From contig NC_068981.1 in assembly GCF_001194135.2 (NCBI RefSeq), forward strand, positions 160,548,261 to 160,599,655: a DNA stretch of 51,395 bases, given 5' to 3'. The stretch comes from Octopus bimaculoides (lineage: Eukaryota). Made by a program: the position numbers and the translations under genes. The notes under the pieces are model-generated. The model was given only the letters and a program-made list of their open reading frames with translations. It made no database searches and was not told the origin of the DNA. Below, piece by piece: positions 24,446 through 36,800 of the stretch; the first letter of the stretch is position 1, and each line of letters starts with the position of its first letter.

Positions 24446-24906
24446 ATCTACCATAAGGTCCAGTCCTTGTTGTGGTGTGACGGCTTTTGTGCCTTAATGA
24501 CCCTGAGAGGCATACTATTGGAGTGCAAGCTCCTTGTAGGGCCTCCCATGCTACACAGGTCAAAGGATAGAGACCAGACTAATATGAACTCCCTCTTCCA
24601 GAGGTAAAGAGTAGCTTGCATAGGGCCAACATCCCCACCTAGAAAAAATGAAATGGTAATGGAAAGATTAATGATGATTCAAAACCAACAAGACCTCAGA
24701 AGGGAAGATTTTCATTCAGGGAAACTTGAACCTACAAGGAAGATGGAAGAAAGGATGCCCTAAAAATAGCTGGGAACAGGATACTGAGGCAAAACTGAAA
24801 AAGTAGGGATCCAACTGGAAAGAAACAGAAAAGACAGATTTGGGGACTGTAGAGAGAAGTTGTCAATGGCTTTTGCTCTGTGGGGAGCAAATGGCTTAAG
24901 TAAGTA
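24446..24906 (+). mobile_element. Internally deleted (bimodal) RTE element: 5' UTR fused to ORF 3' end with (TAAG)n tail
   Basis: RTE-like 5' UTR (CCTTGTTGTGGTG…AATGACCCTGAGAG…GGGCCTCCCATGC.ACACAGGTCAAAGG) is joined to a C-terminal remnant GCPKNSWEQDTEAK…NWKETEKT…VVNGFCS. Perfect 10-bp TSD ACACATGTCT (24436-45 / 24907-16). Confidence 0.78.
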
Positions 24907-25627
24907 ACACATGTCTGTGGAATTATCAGCCTCTTACACTCAAAATCAATAATCAGGGAGTTCATATGATCAAACAACTGAATAATCATCTTCGAAAACA
25001 ATAGGGTTTCATTTGTTTTCCGTACACTTTCTGTCCATTAAATTCCACTTACTGTGTCAAGCTAAAGCTATGATAGAAAACACTTGCCTAAGGGGCTACA
25101 CACTGCAATCAAACTTGAAACAAGATGGTGGCAAAGAAAACTTCTTTTTTACTACATAGTCATACCTTCAGATTTGCTTGTGCAGTTGTTGCTGTGCTAC
25201 AAATAATTACTTCATCTATTTAGAAGATAAATTATTTTTGTATATATATTTCTTTCTTTTTTTGTTTTTTGAAAAGGTAGGGGTATAAAGAAATATAGGC
25301 ATATTATATGATTTGTTTATTTTTAATCAGATAAATGGAATAATTTCTTAACTTCTATTGAGGAAATTAAATTAACCTTGAAAAATAGATAGCAGAGAAA
25401 AGAAAATGTTTATCTATTTATTCCACCCATAAATGTTCTACGGAAATAACTGGAAAGTTTTCAAATGTGTAATTCTTGAAACTAAAAGTTGACTTGACAT
25501 TTTTGGTTCCCAGTGAAAACAAAGAGGCAATCTAATTTTGAAATAATGAGATATTGTTGGAGTTGTAAATGAGAGAAAAGATTAAACACAATTTTAAATT
25601 TGTTTGGCATAGAGCCAGTTTGTATAA

Positions 25628-25865
25628 CCCTTTTGTGACCATATTTCTCACAAAATACACTGCAAATGTGTCTCAGTTAATTTTGAAAATAATCAACAAT
25701 TTGTAGGGGTGTAGTAAAATAATTAACATGTTATTATTATATTAATGATGGAATATACATTGCGTAAGTTGATAGAAGATTTGAATTTAAATATGAACCT
25801 TTCAAAACAAGCAGTTTTGTATTATGTGATGAAGAGTAATATCAGGTTGATTGACACTGAAACAG
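25628..25865. mobile_element. piggyBac-like MITE (family 2), degenerate copy, inverted relative to 41158-41378
   Basis: Starts CCCTTTTGTGACCATATTTCT and ends before TTAA at 25866. Colinear with the reverse complement of 41158-41378. Confidence 0.65.
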
Positions 25866-27094
25866 TTAAGGAAAAGTCACTATCAACCTTATCAACTCTA
25901 ATGTAGCACTGATGCTTATTTTATCAGCCCTGAAAGAATGAAAGATGTAGGAGACCCCCAGCAAGTTTTGAACTCAGGCTTGAGAAGAGCAGAAGCTAAA
26001 TGTGGTTCAGACTCAGCTAAATGCTGTTTGATATTGTCCTCTACTGACTTGACTATCTCCATTGCTCTTTACCATTTTAATAATCTTACCAAAACAATCA
26101 CTTACCTCAATACTATCATGAATGCGTTGTGTATTTGCATGTGATTATTAATTGGTTATGATGAAAGAACAAGACTGTACTAAAACTAAAGAATGACATA
26201 TGTTCTGTCTCTAATGGCATATTGAGAAATCTTATTAAACCTCTTTAGATTATCAGTTTTTTTGTTTTTTAATCCATGTGGGTTTTCCTTTTTTTTTCCC
26301 TCATGTCAGATGGGTTTCATGAGTTACAAGTTTGAACATTTCTTAAGCAGGTTGGATTCTCTTCATTACAGCAGTTACCAGTTAGTCTTGGTTATTTTCA
26401 AACTAAGTGATGTAACAGCACTCACAGACAAACAATAACAAGGAGTCTTCTTGCATTGTTCATTATTCAGAGAAAGTTGCATTTGATGGTATCTTCTATT
26501 AGGTGGAATATTTATCTTCTGTTTACCTTCAGCTGAACAGTCTTCAATCTCTCCCTCCCCTCTCTCCCTCTCTCTCACACACACTCACACACATATATGT
26601 ACACACACAAACGTCTGTCAGACTTAAATGCTCAAGGCTTTTTATTTGGGGGGGGGGGGGCAGGCTATTCTTTATTGATCACTTCATAACATCCCATTCT
26701 TTTCTATTTCCCATGAACTTTATATTCTCGTTATCTGAGAATGACATAGTGTCAGCAAATTAAATAAAGCAATAGCTCTTGTAGAACCATTAGAAGAGGA
26801 CATAGTTCATCAGTGGTTATATAGTGTTTGAGAGCGATGTATTTAGCAGATTTTTCTAGAATACTATCATGAATGGCGGGGGGCTAGATGCATTATTTCA
26901 GATGTGTGATTAGCACTCTAGAGTAAAAGATTTGGGGTTACGGAAAAAAAGAGATTTGAATCAACATGAAATCTTCAAGCTACTAGTTGTACTTTCTTTA
27001 ACAGAAATTAGCAGAAACAAATAAACCCTTTAACTTATTGATTTCACTTTGGTGAGATTTTCATGATGTTGTAATCTCTTACTTCGTTCTTTAA

Positions 27095-27314
27095 CCCTTT
27101 AGCATTCAAACTGGTCATATCTGGTCCAAATATTTAACCTGCTTTATGTTGAAACTGGCTAGATCTGGCCTCTCATTTCAACCTTGCAATGTCATTCTAA
27201 AACTAAACAATCACATCATCGAAATCTCTAAACTGCAGGATAATGCATGATTCATTCAAAACAATATAACTAAACAAACATGACATTTGACAGAATAATC
27301 TGAATACAAAAGGT
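27095..27314. mobile_element. piggyBac-like MITE (family 1), 220 bp
   Basis: TTAA-CCCTTTAGCATTCA … TCTGAATACAAAAGGT-TTAA. Internally homologous to 27458-28056. Confidence 0.8.
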
Positions 27315-27457
27315 TTAATTTCCTTCCAAAATATTTTCTTTTATAAAAAATCTTTTCTATGTCTTCACTGTGGTAAAGTTATATATATGACAATGACTTG
27401 TGGAAAGTATTGTAGAGATGAAAGATAAACTCCTGGTGAGTCTTGTCAAAATATTGA

Positions 27458-28056
27458 CCCTTTAGCATTTCAGCTGACCATATCTGGCCAAAATATTGGT
27501 TTCAAATTTTAGCACAAGGCCAACGAGTTTGGTGGGAGGGGGAAAGTTGATTACATTGACCCCTGTACTCAGCTGGTACTTATTTTATCAACCCCAAAAA
27601 GATGAAAAGTAAAGTACACTTCAATGAAATTTGAGCTCAGAAAGCACTAGTGTAGCTACATGTGGGGTGGTGGGATCGGTACTTTTATGGGGGTGGCACC
27701 ACTTTTGGGTCTGCTGTAGGCAATATGTATTTTTTGTGGTGGGGCCTGAGGACAGCAAACTGAAGGGCTACACCAGGCAGCACACTAGCTATGCTAGTTT
27801 CAGAAGTTAAAGACATGAAATGCCACTAAGCATTTTGCCTAGCATGCTAACTGTTCTGCCTTATATCTGGCCAAAATATTCTTCCTGTTTTATGTTCAAA
27901 CCAGCCTGATGTAGCTTCTCACACCTAACCTACATTGTCATTCTAAAAATAAGCAATCACATCATCAAAATCTCAAAGCTACAAGATAATGCATGATTAA
28001 TTCAAAGTAATGTAAATGAGCATCACATTTGACAGAGTAATCTGAATGCTAAAGGG
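27458..28056. mobile_element. piggyBac-like MITE (family 1) interrupted by a SINE (27498-27862), itself interrupted by a hAT MITE (27645-27799)
   Basis: Ends CCCTTTAGCATT / AATGCTAAAGGG-TTAA (left flank TTGA). The SINE has an 18-bp TSD ATATCTGGCCAAAATATT (27480-97 / 27863-80). The inner MITE has TSD TCAGAAAG / TCAGAAG. Confidence 0.88.
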
Positions 28057-29326
28057 TTAAATGACTTGTTAAAGCCATTTCAGTTACACATACTTTCACT
28101 TCCTTTATTCATCATCGTCTAAAAAATATACTGTAGGTAAATCTGTCAGTATATGAGACTGACAGCAAAGGGGGGAGTGTAAGAGAAAGTTGGAGGGAAT
28201 TTAAGATTATGAGACCAAATTATTAATTGATAAATACAGCATTTGTTTCTTTGTTTTAATGTGATTAAAAGTTAGTTATTAGTATCCAGCCTTAGAAACC
28301 ATGCCAAAGCTAACATTGGAGCTCACCAGTTCTGCAGATAGTTGGATCCTGTCAAACCATTCAACCCATGCCGGCATGGAAATTGAACATTAAATGATTA
28401 TGATGGTGGTGGTGGCGGTGGCGACGGCGGCGGCAGCGGCTGTTGTTGTTGTTAAAAAGAAAAAAGACACTTGACCAATGGTCTTTGGAAATGAAGTCAA
28501 CAACAAAATCTGTGAAAAATGGAAGAAAGATAATTGTTAAAGGAGAAGGTGGTTGTGGTGGGGCTCCTGCTTTGCTCCAGATCAACTCTGGTCACGCAGA
28601 ACTATGATGAAAGGCATTCCACTCTCGACCATCCTGTCTTCTTCCTATTATCCACATTATCAGTGGCCCTTTCTTTTTCTTTTTTTTTTTTTAAAGATAG
28701 TAGAGTGTGATTTGAGGTAGATTGGGCTGCTGTTTCTAGTTGTGGAAGTAGTGGTGGAGAACTTGAAACTAGAGAATCAATGAAAGAGAAGGTCAGTGGT
28801 AGTAAAGATAACAATCAAAGTAGGGGTGGGGCTGGACTATGCAAGTGTTGGATATTTCTAACCAAATTGCTGCTGTAGTGGTTCTCAAACTGATAAATAT
28901 CAAGCTGTGCCCTATCACAAAAAGTACTAAAATATACGGTAAAATTTGTTTCCTATTTTTATTAATGTGAAAATAAAATAGTTTGTATCCATATACAGGC
29001 ACGGCTGCTGTATAGTAAGAAGTTTGCTTCCAATAACCACATGGTTTCAGGTTCAGTCCCACTACATGACACACTGGGCTGACCAAAGCCTGGTGAATGG
29101 ATTTAGTAGGTAGAAAATGAAGGAAGCCCATCATATATATATAGTTTTGTGTGTGTGTGTGTGTCTTTGCATTTGTGTCTGTTCCCCCCTGCTTGACACC
29201 TGTTGTTGGTTCGTTTACATCCCTGTAACTTAGCAGACTACTAGAATACGTACTGGAGTTAATATGTTCAACTAAAACCTTTCAAAGTTGCTTCCCAGAA
29301 TGGCTACAGTTCAGTGACTGAAACAA

Positions 29327-29351
29327 GCATGCACACACGCGCGCGCGCGCG

Positions 29352-29407
<56 letters not shown>
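29327..29407. repeat. Compound (CG)7/(CA)n alternating purine-pyrimidine microsatellite
   Basis: Read directly. One of dozens of microsatellites in the window, including (GT)n 1217-1252, (AAT)n 2617-2676, (TA)n 6702-6756, (CT)n 30258-30305, (AGAT)n 30888-30965, (CAT)n 41524-41647 and (TA/TG)n 51255-51395. Confidence 0.95.
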
Positions 29408-29413
<6 letters not shown>

Positions 29414-29494
29414 GGCCAAAAGTCATGCACCAAAACATTTGACATTTTATTTGTTTTACGTTATTATATTTTTCATTTTGTTCATCATGTATAA

Positions 29495-29728
29495 NNNNNN
29501 NNNNNNNNNNNNNNNNNNNNNNNNNNNNNNNNNNNNNNNNNNNNNNNNNNNNNNNNNNNNNNNNNNNNNNNNNNNNNNNNNNNNNNNNNNNNNNNNNNNN
29601 NNNNNNNNNNNNNNNNNNNNNNNNNNNNNNNNNNNNNNNNNNNNNNNNNNNNNNNNNNNNNNNNNNNNNNNNNNNNNNNNNNNNNNNNNNNNNNNNNNNN
29701 NNNNNNNNNNNNNNNNNNNNNNNNNNNN
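29495..29728. other. Assembly gap (234 N)
   Basis: N run abutting (TA)n. Confidence 0.99.
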
Positions 29729-30252
29729 TATATATATAATTCTACATTCTTCATCATGGGACTGGACTGGACTGGACAAGTTTAAAATGTTCAAAGCTCT
29801 TTTCAATTTTATTAAACATGGTAATTTGTCCAACCCTTTTCCAGTCGTCACAGCTCCCAGCTCATTGAGAAACACTGGCTTAGAGTATGCATTGTGAAAC
29901 CAAATTAGAAATAAACCAGATGACTTATGACAACAGATTAACTAACAAATTCAATAACTTTTGTTTTTGTTGGGAGTTAAAAGTTCAGTTAATTTATAAT
30001 ATAGACAGCTATAATGTGTCTAAAGAAATTATATTGTAATAAAGTCATTTTTCTGATTGTGTGGTTCATTTTTTTTCAGTGAGGGAGTACTTTTCATAAT
30101 GAAAGTTATGAAAAGTTCATTTAATTTCATTCCAAGCATTTTCATAATTAGTTTAGAATTTGGTATGAATTATTTTTATCAAAAATCTATGTCAATTAGA
30201 TGATATCTGGAGAAGAAGCAACCTAATTTGCTCGGCCCATTTGTTCTCTCTT

Positions 30253-30307
<55 letters not shown>

Positions 30308-30346
30308 TTTTTCTTTTCTTCTCTCTCACACACACATATACATAAC

Positions 30347-30387
<41 letters not shown>

Positions 30388-30907
30388 TAAAACATAATTT
30401 AGACATCTGAGATAAATTATTACCAAGTAAAGATAAATATCTATTAATTTACAAGTCACCATTAATATTGATATATTGACAAAATACTAATTTGACAGTT
30501 ATAGGAAAAATAATGAGTCTGAATCATATATGAAGAGACACCGAAAATGAAATGGCCAATGATTATTTCTTTATCATGCCAGGTGATTATCGTAAGGCCC
30601 TGAGACATTGATATTAGCTCATATCATGTTGGCTTCAATCTTTGATGTTGCTTCATTAGGGAGAAAGTCAGTATAAAAGAAGTAAATAATCTTGCTATAA
30701 CATCTCATCTCCTGTAGCCTAAATTTTTTTTTTCTCCTATTCCTTTTTCCCTTTTTTTTTCTGTGAGAAGGCTGACAGGAATCTAATCATAGTCCACATT
30801 TCTCAAACATTTTGAGCGACTGATGTCACAGAACAGCAATATCTTGTGATTCTGTTAAAAATAAACTGATTGTGTGTGTGTGTGTGTGTAGATAGATAGA
30901 TAGATAA

Positions 30908-30965
<58 letters not shown>

Positions 30966-32379
30966 GTTTGTTTGGGTTTAGGCAGGAAGAAAGGAAGGAA
31001 GGAAGGAGCATGGCCAATTGATTAACAAGTTCACTTTGCAATCATGAGATCCTAGGTTCAATTCTGCAGCATGGCATTTTGGACAATTGTCTTTTATTGT
31101 AGCCTCTGGTCAACACCTGAAATGAAAATTGGGAAAACAGAAACTGCATGGAAACCCATCAAATGGATTGCATCTGTAATGCAAAAGATCCAGCTTTGTT
31201 AAATTTTGAAGTGTTATGCTAATTCTGCTTGAGGTTTAAGTTATATAATGTCTGTGTGTGTTTAATATTATTGTGTCAACCATCTATATTAATTCAGGTC
31301 AGATTGTTCATTTGACTGAAGAACAGAATGCCCATTGCCAAAACTAGCTGATATTTATTCATTTTGCTTATATATATTACTGCTGTTATCATGAAAGAAG
31401 CATCCTATACACTCAGTAAGTGGTTGGTAAATCAAATTGAACACTGACAACACAGGGTTCAAGATAGCTCTCAGCCCTGCCGAGAACAAGGAAATCTCAA
31501 TAGAACTGATGCCATGAAAAAATGCACCCAGTACATTCTATAAAGAGATTGGTGTTAAGGAGGGCATCAAGCCATAGAAAATATGTCAAATCATCCCACC
31601 CATGCCAGCATGGAAAATGGATGTGAAATTATGGTGATGGCAGCAGTGGTTTATGCGTGTGCACGTATATACATGCTTAGTATACGTTGTTGCTTCTGTA
31701 CCTTGGAAAACAAAATCAGTGTCCAACCACATCCTTTGTATCATATACAGGCAATCCGTCGAGGAGTGGTAACTGCAAATAAAAAGTGATACAGAGTGGA
31801 GTGAACTCCAGACACTTCTAATGATAAAATGCTCTCAGTTCATGTTGTACAAGGGTTGGCAATAGGAGAGACACCCAGCTGCAAAACCCTTGCAAAAAAA
31901 ACAAGATGACATGCCAAATAACAAGTCTAAGTCATCTATATAACAATGAAAAAAAGCAATTTTGTTACTGTAGATGCCTTAGTGTAGACTGAGTGTATTT
32001 TATCCTGGCTCAAGCACTAGAGAAGTTGACCCATGCAAGAGAACTAAAGTGTCCTCTCTACTCTCTATCAATTATTATTCAGATTTACTGCCCTCCTAGA
32101 GGAGTAGCCCTGTGGCACAGTTTATAGATTTCATATCTTGCTTGTACTTTTCGTTTTTTGTCAAGGTTTTCATGGTTGGGTGTCCTTCTCATTGCCAGCC
32201 ACTTTACAGAGTATACATTTTATCATTCCACTTGCTTTAGAGAGGTTATCACATTTAGACATGCAGGGAGACTAAATAGTCTCTCTCTATCCTGTCTCAT
32301 TTACTGCTCTCCTTAGACAGTTACATGTAATACAGTTTGCAACATTTCTGTCATGTGTGTGTGTGTGCATATGTGTGTG

Positions 32380-32650
32380 TGCACTCATCAATGTCATCAT
32401 TCTATGTTTACATCTTCAAGATAGATCTTACAACTTGTGCAGGCTTCTGTCTTGCAATTTGTCATGGTCCTCCATCTCACAACCCACTATGGTTCTCCAC
32501 CTCACAACCTATCATAATCCTCCATCTCACAACTTACAACAGTCCTCTGTCTTCCAATACATCACATTCCTCCATCATGCCACTTACACAGCTTAAGTAG
32601 TTGTCTGCAGCAAGCCTAAAGAATTCCCTCCACTCTTCTTTATCTCCAGT
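32380..32650 (-). mobile_element. Probable degenerate RTE 3'-region fragment containing a 25-bp-period repeat
   Basis: The minus strand resembles the RTE C-terminal region and tail (…CCTGCACAAG…AAGATG.AAAC…ATGATGA). Heavily decayed. Confidence 0.4.
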
Positions 32651-33846
32651 CATTCCTTCCTTTTTAGTGAGTATAGTGGTGCCTCATGGTTTTAGTGATT
32701 AAGCTATTTTATTCCTTTTCTATGGTGTTCTGCCCTACCTGATCATTTTATTATTTTATAATAGCCTTTATTTATAAAATAAATCTAATTTTTGTACCCC
32801 TATGAATTCATACTTAGCTTATATAAAACAATGCCGGTATCTTCACTACTTATAATAAACTGCTTAGATTATAATTTAATTAATATATAGTTAGTATGTT
32901 CTTTTTGCTTCAGTACTCCTTTATTAAATACCAGTAAATACCAATGATCAATCTTTTCAGGTACCATTTAATAAGTTAGTATTTAAGTATATAATATGTA
33001 TAAATATTAAACTATTTCTATGTAATTTCTTTTCCTCCCTCTATTGTGTAAAATTTGGTATATACTCAAAAGTATTCAAAAAATTTATCCTTTTGTTATA
33101 ATATTCTTCATAAAAATCTTCTGAATAATCCTAAATTTTAACTTTATACAATATGGCAATATTGTTTAAAATATTTAACTATAGTACCCCATGATAAAAT
33201 TTCCCCTGTATCATTATCAATGGTCTACTAGTGGCTTGCCCCTTTAATTGTCAGTTTACACCTTGATTTAAGATTGCCTTTACCAAATCTTATTATATTG
33301 CTTCAAATTAATCTTGATAGTTTTATGACTATACCTACTATGATTTCTGTCGACTCCCTCAGCCCCTTCCTAACAGACACTGCTCCTTGTTCTTTGGCCT
33401 TAGATTTTGATGTACAAAGATTTCATAAACAAGACTATAAATTAAAAACTGAGCCCAAAAAACAGTGACAAGCTAGATCTCTAACAAGTCTTTCTTCCTG
33501 ATACTTTAGTAGCTTCTAAGCTGAAGTGAAGACAGCATGTTCTTTGTCTATCTCCTTACTTTCTTGGAGGTTTTAGGTAAAAGTATACTAATGTGTCCAT
33601 TTGTTTTAATTTAATTTAATTCTATGTCTTTATGCAGCTGAGGATTGCTCTGCATTTAAATTGATGTAAAGATTGCATTGTTCAATTAAATGAAGTTGCT
33701 TGAAACGATCATACTGCATTACCTCTGGATATCTTTGTTGCTTATTTTGATTTTAATCACCTTATGATGAAATTGTATAGTAATACCGTACGAAATTCTT
33801 GTGCCTCAACTTAAGTACCTAATTCATCTGAATCGAAATTTTTGCT

Positions 33847-33889
<43 letters not shown>

Positions 33890-36800
33890 GTATTTATATG
33901 CTGCCCCTCCTCACAGACACACACACTCAGTTGAGGGTCTCATGAGTTATTTTGTAACCTCACTAGTGCCAGTGCTGTGAAAAAAAGTACCCAACAACTC
34001 TGTAAAGTGGTTGGCATTTGAAAAGGCATCCAGCTGTAGAAGCTATGCCAAAGCAGACATTGGAGCTCAACATTGGAGGACATAATTATCAAATTTGTCA
34101 TACCCTTTAAACAATCTATGTCAGCATAGAAGATAGACATTAAATGATGATGATGATGATGTGTGTGTGTATGCATGTGTTTTTAACTATATATGTGTTG
34201 CCGTTATCATCATCATACACACACACACACGTGCGCATGCACACACACACACACACACACTTCAGAAGGAGAGGTAAGAGAACTTTTCTAGAATTACTTT
34301 GTAAGGGATGGAAGAATACAATATCATACAAATTTTGAACAGTCAATGAGCAAGAGTTTTATTTAAAGTAGGATTGTATGACAAAAACCTTTCCTTTATT
34401 TGACCTGAAAGTCCATTTTTAAAGTAGTTTTAGTTGTAACATCAAAAGACAATCAAAACAAAGACATGCAAAACATACTTGTGAAGGATTCAAAATGATC
34501 TCTGAGCTATCAGTTTAGATACAAGAGCATTAACGTGACAAGGAGGCATTGTTAGAAATCTTACAACACGGCAGAAATAACAAAGAGGTGCAAACAGAAG
34601 TTAAATGTTTTTATGGTCACAATACCCTCATATTTTTATTGCCTTTCATATTCGCTTTCTCTAACTAAACTTGTTTAAAAAAAAGAAAACAATCTAAGCA
34701 TTATATTTTTAAACAAACTTTCATAAACAAGTTTTTGTCATACCTAGTTTAATCAAGCTTAGCTCATAACAAATAGATTAAATCAATAAATTGAATACAA
34801 AAAAAGGAAAGAAAATTGTATTTATATATATATATATTTTTTTTTTTCTCTTCTGTGAATGTAAACATGAATTCCTGAATTGTTATCAGATATTTATTGA
34901 ATGCTCTAACATGTTCAAACCCGTAACTGTTATAGTTGTTAAACTAATTGATTATTATATATATATATTCTGTCATTTAGTAGTTCATATAAATCTTCAT
35001 GATTTTATAAATATGTCAAATGAGATTGGATGATTTGATAGATATTCAACTCTGATATTGAACAAATTTATAAGTTCCTCTTTGTAAGATTTTATTGCCA
35101 TAAATATTTTATCATTTCCTTTTAAAGAAGTTTTCCAATGTATTTTTCTCTTTCTTTGAAATAGTATTTCTACCAGATAGTTTACTAATTCAACAGTGTA
35201 TTATATAACAACTTATCATTCTCATCTCGTCTTTGTACTGTATTGTTTTCTTTCTTCATAATAGAGCATTGTTAGCTTAGTGTGGAATAATGTCTTCATT
35301 GGGCTATAGGTTCACTCTCAACCCTATGGTATAGGTTTCAAGAAATAGAAATTGTTACTTGATCTCTACTTTGAACTTACTGAGAAAAATAAATTTTGGA
35401 AGAAAATAAATATACATCATAAAGATGAGAAGAAAAGCTCCGTTCTTCAAAGAAGAGAAATCAACAAAAGATTATATAGAAGAAAGTTTTATGAGTTTTT
35501 TTCTTCTTTTTTTTTTTTTTAACATAAACCTCATGAAGGTAGCTCATTAGTTAATAAAGTACTTCCAGCAGAAAGCTTTAGTATAATGACTATTGATTGA
35601 AGTATAAAGACATTTTATATTGCTGGCTTAGGAAATAAGTTTCTAATAAGGACACTAAATCTTCCACATTTTTTTTTACAAATTAGCTAATACACACACA
35701 CACATTTGCCATAAATGTTTTCCTCTGCTTATTTAGTCTTTATCTAAAATCTCTCCTCATGAAACACACAACTTAAATTACTACTACGTTTTTTTTTTTT
35801 CGTAATTGGTGCTGGGGTAGTGCCCAGGATCTTTACACAGACAGACAGGAGGTAAGGAGGCAACTATTCAGATTGGACTCTACTAAAAACACGTAAGATG
35901 CCAGATAATGGTGTTAAACCAGTTGATGAAGTAAATCTACCAGCCAGTTAGGCCATAGTAGGATTTGAACCCAGAATGCAAAATGCTGGAACAAATACCA
36001 TGAAGCATCCAGTCCAGCATTCTTGAGGTTCTGCCTGTTCATTATTGACTTGGATTCGTGCCTTTTTATGAACGCTGAAAGAATAAGAGGCAACTTTGAC
36101 CTCAGTATATTTGAATTCAGAATGCAAGAAGTCAGAACAAATATCTATTTGTGATCTATTATTATACAAGTTTCCTTTTACTGAAAGACCTCCAATAAGA
36201 ATTCCATATATTACTGAAATTCAATAATATTACCTCATTATTTGGTGCATGATTTTATTGTATTCATGAACAGATGCCTGTCTTCTCTATTTCTTTGTAA
36301 ACGTAATTCACAATTTTTCAATTCGTGATCAAGCATACGCAAGCAATATCTCATTAAGAAATAAAAGATTGATTAAATTAGGAAGACAACACATTCATGA
36401 TAAAAAGGAATTGGATTCCAAGTGAGTTTTCTGCTAAATTTCATTTTAGTAATCATCTTAATTTCTGCATCATAGAATGTGCCTAAAATCATCATTGTAT
36501 TATGCTACAAAGTGATTATTTTGACTGGAAACAATGTTATCTAAAAGCTCCTATTGCTAAGTATTTAGCTGTAATAAATCCCAGTTTTATAGTCAGATAA
36601 ATAAGAGAAACTTCACTGCTGGGAATAGTATTGCTAAACTGCTAAGTCTATAAACACCAAGAAATATTAAAAATTTGAAATGAAAGCTACAAAAACTTGC
36701 ACTACTTTTTCAATCTACTTTTAACATAAAACTTGTGATACAGAGTAACCATTTTCAAACAAAAATTTGCTTAAAAAATAAATGAATTTGTGAAAAGTTT

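Noticed and set aside
30550-30685. CCAAT and TATAAAAG motifs as an internal promoter
   Set aside because: Such motifs are abundant by chance in AT-rich DNA, and no downstream exon or ORF supports them.
33274-33468. 64-aa ORF in non-repeat sequence as a possible nested gene or exon
   Set aside because: No recognisable domain and no convincing splice boundaries. Its length is within chance expectation.
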